Below, piece by piece: positions 25,666 to 29,315 of a stretch of 29,315 nucleotides of DNA (its first letter is position 1; each line of letters begins with the position of its first letter). The stretch covers positions 1-29,315 of IMG/VR virus record IMGVR_UViG_3300044858_001928; one strand, given 5' to 3'. The position numbers and the translations under genes were made by a program. The notes below the pieces were generated by a model. The model saw nothing but the letters and a program-made list of their open reading frames with translations. It was not told the DNA's origin and made no database searches. This stretch comes from a virus. Taxonomy: Duplodnaviria; Caudoviricetes.

Positions 25666-27713
25666 TGAAGTTCATGTTCGATGGTAACTATGTCGATCCT
25701 GCTCTTAACTGGCAGGAGATCACATCTACATTGAGGCGTGATAAGGATCAGAATCTGTTCTTGTTGTTTCAAGAATATACTCTGGAGTTCGATGGTAGTG
25801 GATTCGCTTATATCAAAGCGATCGTTGATGGTGATACTTTCTGCGAGGAGATCGTTGTTTCAATCTTGAAAGAATGCGATGGTCAGGAGCAATTGATATT
25901 CAAAGGTACATTATTCATAGTAGATGTTGAGATCAACGAGCGCACTTGTATTGCGAATTGCAAGGTCAACGACATGAGTTTTTTTAGTCGTATAAACAAC
26001 AACAAGAATATAGATACTGCTCTCGATGCGGACTTCACGAAGAACCTTGCACAGATCACTGCTCCGGTAGTATATGAACTTGACGTACATCGTGTGTTGA
26101 ACAATGTACTCAAGTACACAGTTGATTGTTGCAGGGTGTTTGAAGCGTTCAAGTATTTCATCTCGTTTATGAGTGACAACAAGGTAGGTTTCGCTTCAAG
26201 TCTTTTCGGCATCAACGGACAATGGGAAGGGCTGTGCATCACCACAGGGGAGCGATTACGTGGCGTGACTCCAAGTATTACGGTAGGAAGATGGGAGCCA
26301 TTCAGTTTCAATGATCTGTTCAATGAGATCAACAAGCGGATTCCAATTGTATTGCTCATTGATGATCCTTATGGATCACCAGTGGTGAGAATCGAGAGCA
26401 TTGACTATCTGAACAATGCGAACATCGTATATTCAGCGAATGACATCGAGGAGATCGTGAGCAGTTACGATCAGGATAAACTCTATGCGGTGGTGCGTTT
26501 TGGCAGTCCTGTTGATGATACGTTCACGGACTTTCCTGAGACGATCAACTTCTATGGATTTAAGCAAGAAGAGTTCCACATCTTAGGCACGTGCAACCTT
26601 GATCAGACTCTTGATCTCACGTGCGACTGGATCACATCGAGTAACATCATCCAGCGTCTTGTTGACTTCGGTGATCAGGGCTATGACAACAATATATTCC
26701 TCATTGATTCGATATTGACAAATGCGACATCAGGCAGGACAACGAACACGAACTTTATCGGCTCTAATCCTGCACGATTCTTCTACAATGAGGAGTTGAA
26801 CAATCAGAATATTGCAGATAGATACATTGAGGACTTGAGCGATAGTCTTGCAGCGTTCTTCGTAGAGACGCAGGATGGGCGTGCGCTCGCTTACAGAGCC
26901 ACTAATCTTGCGTGTACTGGAACACCGAACTATCTGACTCCTGTCACTACTACTCAGTTTAACACGACTGAAAGCTTTGACTTCGGAAACTACTACGATC
27001 CTGTATTGTGCAGGTACACAGCATTGGAGACTGGCGTGTATAATTTCAAAGCACAGATCAGGATACAGTGTCAGGCAGGTACATTGAATGGTAAAGGATA
27101 CTATCAGTTCTGGTGCGTGCATCGTGATTCTGTTGGCAATGTCATACAGATATATCAGATGTACGATCCGATCTTGAATCCTACGAATCCATACATCACA
27201 CCGAATCCAACATTCCCGACCATCAACAATCAGGTGATGTACATCGGACCGAATACAATTCTGGGTGTGACAATTAACGGCATCATCGCACCTACATCGA
27301 TAGCAATGACGCAGGGAGATTACATTGATATGCAAGTGAACTATGATCCTGCGACTACTGTATATCCTGCTGCTCCACCCTATCCTCTCGGTAGTGTGTT
27401 AGGATCGAACAGGGGAACGATCATCGGAGGCATTGACAATACTTACTTTGAATGTACGACTGCGAACAATTATGGTGGTATATTTGTAAATGTGGATCAA
27501 CGAAACATAAGAGTGCAGCTTCACAAGTTCACTTATCCAATGACGCAGACAGACTTCGATGCTATCCTTGCGAATCCTGTTGGTCGATTTACCTTCGGCA
27601 TGAATGGTCAGGACCCTCGATTCGGATGGATTCAAGAATTAAAGTACAATCACACAACTGGTCTTGCAGACATCACATTGCAGACATCTAAAGCATCTCA
27701 GTATGGCAGTTAG
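25662..27713 (+). CDS. minor tail / tail-tip protein with inserted C1q-like domain
   Basis: Follows the TMP; LNWQEI..RD...LEFDG N-terminus, FDFGNYYD...YTALETGVYNFKAQI insert, GWIQELKYN C-terminus. Confidence 0.7.
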   Translation: MMKFMFDGNYVDPALNWQEITSTLRRDKDQNLFLLFQEYTLEFDGSGFAYIKAIVDGDTFCEEIVVSILKECDGQEQLIFKGTLFIVDVEINERTCIANCKVNDMSFFSRINNNKNIDTALDADFTKNLAQITAPVVYELDVHRVLNNVLKYTVDCCRVFEAFKYFISFMSDNKVGFASSLFGINGQWEGLCITTGERLRGVTPSITVGRWEPFSFNDLFNEINKRIPIVLLIDDPYGSPVVRIESIDYLNNANIVYSANDIEEIVSSYDQDKLYAVVRFGSPVDDTFTDFPETINFYGFKQEEFHILGTCNLDQTLDLTCDWITSSNIIQRLVDFGDQGYDNNIFLIDSILTNATSGRTTNTNFIGSNPARFFYNEELNNQNIADRYIEDLSDSLAAFFVETQDGRALAYRATNLACTGTPNYLTPVTTTQFNTTESFDFGNYYDPVLCRYTALETGVYNFKAQIRIQCQAGTLNGKGYYQFWCVHRDSVGNVIQIYQMYDPILNPTNPYITPNPTFPTINNQVMYIGPNTILGVTINGIIAPTSIAMTQGDYIDMQVNYDPATTVYPAAPPYPLGSVLGSNRGTIIGGIDNTYFECTTANNYGGIFVNVDQRNIRVQLHKFTYPMTQTDFDAILANPVGRFTFGMNGQDPRFGWIQELKYNHTTGLADITLQTSKASQYGS

Positions 27714-29315
27714 TTTTATACCCAATCAACCAATATTATTTGAGGCAAGTGACTTTCCTGCACAGCCGTGTTTGAATAAAGATCAGAGAGCCTATGCTCC
27801 ACTGATGCAACAGAACGATGAGATGTGCGTGCAGGTGATTAACGAAGGATGTGAGTCAACCTGCGATACTAACATTGGAGCATTACCAAATCAGTTGACG
27901 AATGGATCACTGACTGTTGACTTCACAGGATGGACGAGTGTGTTGTTTAACACGTTGCCACCAACTCCTGATCCGGGATTCCCACACTTCACAATAAGCA
28001 GTGCAGGGGCTACGTGCGATGGAACTAATTTCTCAGGATTCTATCAGACAATTCCTGCAACAGGAGGCTATTGGCTTGTGAGTTTTGATCTTGATATACA
28101 AAGCGGATCAGTTGAAGTCGGTATTGGTGACGTATCGACAATTAATCTAAATGGAGTAACCTTGAATACTGCATCAGTTAAGAATATAGATAACAGATTT
28201 ACATTTTTTGTTGACACTTCTTTAGGGTCAGATTTATATGTTGTCACAAATGGTGCGGGGTCAATATATACAATCAAAGATATCAAAGCAGTAGAGATAG
28301 GAGGTGCAGGTGGCGCACTATACTGCTATGATCTCGGTGATGTTGACACTAAGAATTGGAGATATGTTGAGAGCGTGAATGGATATCAGGCAATACCGAA
28401 CGCTTCAGCTAACAATATATGCAGTCAGACTTTTGGATTAGCCACAGGACAGACTTACATCATCAGATATACAATCACAGATCAGACGAATGGAAGTCTG
28501 ACATTGACAACTGATACGAGTGCAACAATCATCGACACGCAAACGCAGAATGGAAGTTATGTAGTTTACTATACGCACACACCAGCGAGTGAGCAACTAT
28601 GTCTTGAAGCCGATGCAATGTTTGATGGTGTTGTCGTGATTGATGTATTGATCGCTTGCTATGATCAACAATTTCGCATTTTAGATTTAGAAGACAATGT
28701 ACTTACTAAGTGGTATGACTCTACTGATCCAACGCATCCTGTAACTTTCTATCAGGACAGAATCATCTGGTGTTTCAATCTCAATCAATTGAGAGATGAA
28801 GATGATGAGGATGATATATCACTACCATCAGGGTGCTACAAGGTGCAGATACAAGATTGTTGTGGGGAAGTGCTTGGACAATACACAAGCACGAACTTCA
28901 TCAACTACAATGTGCTTGGATGGGATTGCTCTCGATGGGTGGAAGGTAGTAATGATGGCTATGCTTTCGGCTTCTTCTTCTCTGATCCAAGCACATCAAC
29001 ACAGTTCACTCTCGGACAAAGACTGAGGATACTTCAATTCAATCCTGTATATCCTGCTGTCGTGAATGAATATCTCTACAGCAATGGCAATAGAACACGA
29101 TCTTATGCACAGTCAAGTAAGCAGAGACAAGCGTGGTTCGACTATGTGGATGAAGCGACACACGACATCATCAGATTGCAGATGCTCTGCGATACGTTGA
29201 CGATTGACAATGTGAACTTCTTCTGTCTTGCTGAAGACTATGAGCCGGAGTGGGGCGAGAATGGAAAGTACAATCTTGCACAGAGTCGTGTCACCTTGCA
29301 GATGGTGACTGAGCC
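27703..29315 (+). CDS. 3'-truncated minor tail protein, not in the ORF track
   Basis: ATG 27703 (MAVSFIPNQPILFE...) stays open to the window end; beta-rich with carbohydrate-binding-like segments (NQLTNGSLTVDFTGW, GQTYIIRYTIT). Confidence 0.75.
   Translation, partial: MAVSFIPNQPILFEASDFPAQPCLNKDQRAYAPLMQQNDEMCVQVINEGCESTCDTNIGALPNQLTNGSLTVDFTGWTSVLFNTLPPTPDPGFPHFTISSAGATCDGTNFSGFYQTIPATGGYWLVSFDLDIQSGSVEVGIGDVSTINLNGVTLNTASVKNIDNRFTFFVDTSLGSDLYVVTNGAGSIYTIKDIKAVEIGGAGGALYCYDLGDVDTKNWRYVESVNGYQAIPNASANNICSQTFGLATGQTYIIRYTITDQTNGSLTLTTDTSATIIDTQTQNGSYVVYYTHTPASEQLCLEADAMFDGVVVIDVLIACYDQQFRILDLEDNVLTKWYDSTDPTHPVTFYQDRIIWCFNLNQLRDEDDEDDISLPSGCYKVQIQDCCGEVLGQYTSTNFINYNVLGWDCSRWVEGSNDGYAFGFFFSDPSTSTQFTLGQRLRILQFNPVYPAVVNEYLYSNGNRTRSYAQSSKQRQAWFDYVDEATHDIIRLQMLCDTLTIDNVNFFCLAEDYEPEWGENGKYNLAQSRVTLQMVTE

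Noticed and set aside
74-28286. All minus-strand ORFs in the track (e.g. 3517..3933, 16280..16720, 26730..27335)
   Set aside because: They are antisense shadows of tightly packed, coupled + strand genes and show no recognisable motifs.
28796-29026. 76-aa + strand ORF
   Set aside because: Out-of-frame shadow inside the long ORF starting at 27703.
1-29315. Stop-codon reassignment
   Set aside because: Genes tile the window densely under the standard code, and TAA, TAG and TGA all end credible genes.

Overview
The window is about 29 kb of a long-tailed dsDNA (siphovirus-like) phage genome. All credible genes are on the + strand. The host is probably a Bacteroidota bacterium, judging from TAnnTTTG promoters, SD-less A/(CAA)n leaders and a VirE-N/PriCT primase-helicase. 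Gene order: neck, tail terminator, major tail protein (MTP), beta-helix fibre, holin/M15 endolysin, collagen plus beta-helix fibre, holin and FkbM MTase; then an early promoter, small early genes, HTH, ERF, VRR-NUC-like nuclease, a second FkbM, a spanin-like pair, a C5 DNA MTase and the primase-helicase; then a probable replication origin; then an SSB-like gene, DUF1508, two glycosyltransferases, TerS/TerL, tail chaperone, fibres, tape measure and tail-tip genes. No portal, capsid, integrase, tRNA or CRISPR array is visible. The most notable hidden features are: (1) a C_CCT_TTA -1 slip site at the end of the MTP gene that would add a 30-aa LLEDG-repeat tail directly before a 'KISQL' fibre gene; (2) a split C5 MTase whose motif IX and three LPTP modules are encoded in a nested alternative frame; (3) a T_TTT_TTT tail-chaperone frameshift; (4) a symmetric iteron origin at a GC-skew switch; (5) a 23-bp repeat bracketing an early gene. 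All family calls are by-eye motif recognition, with no database search.
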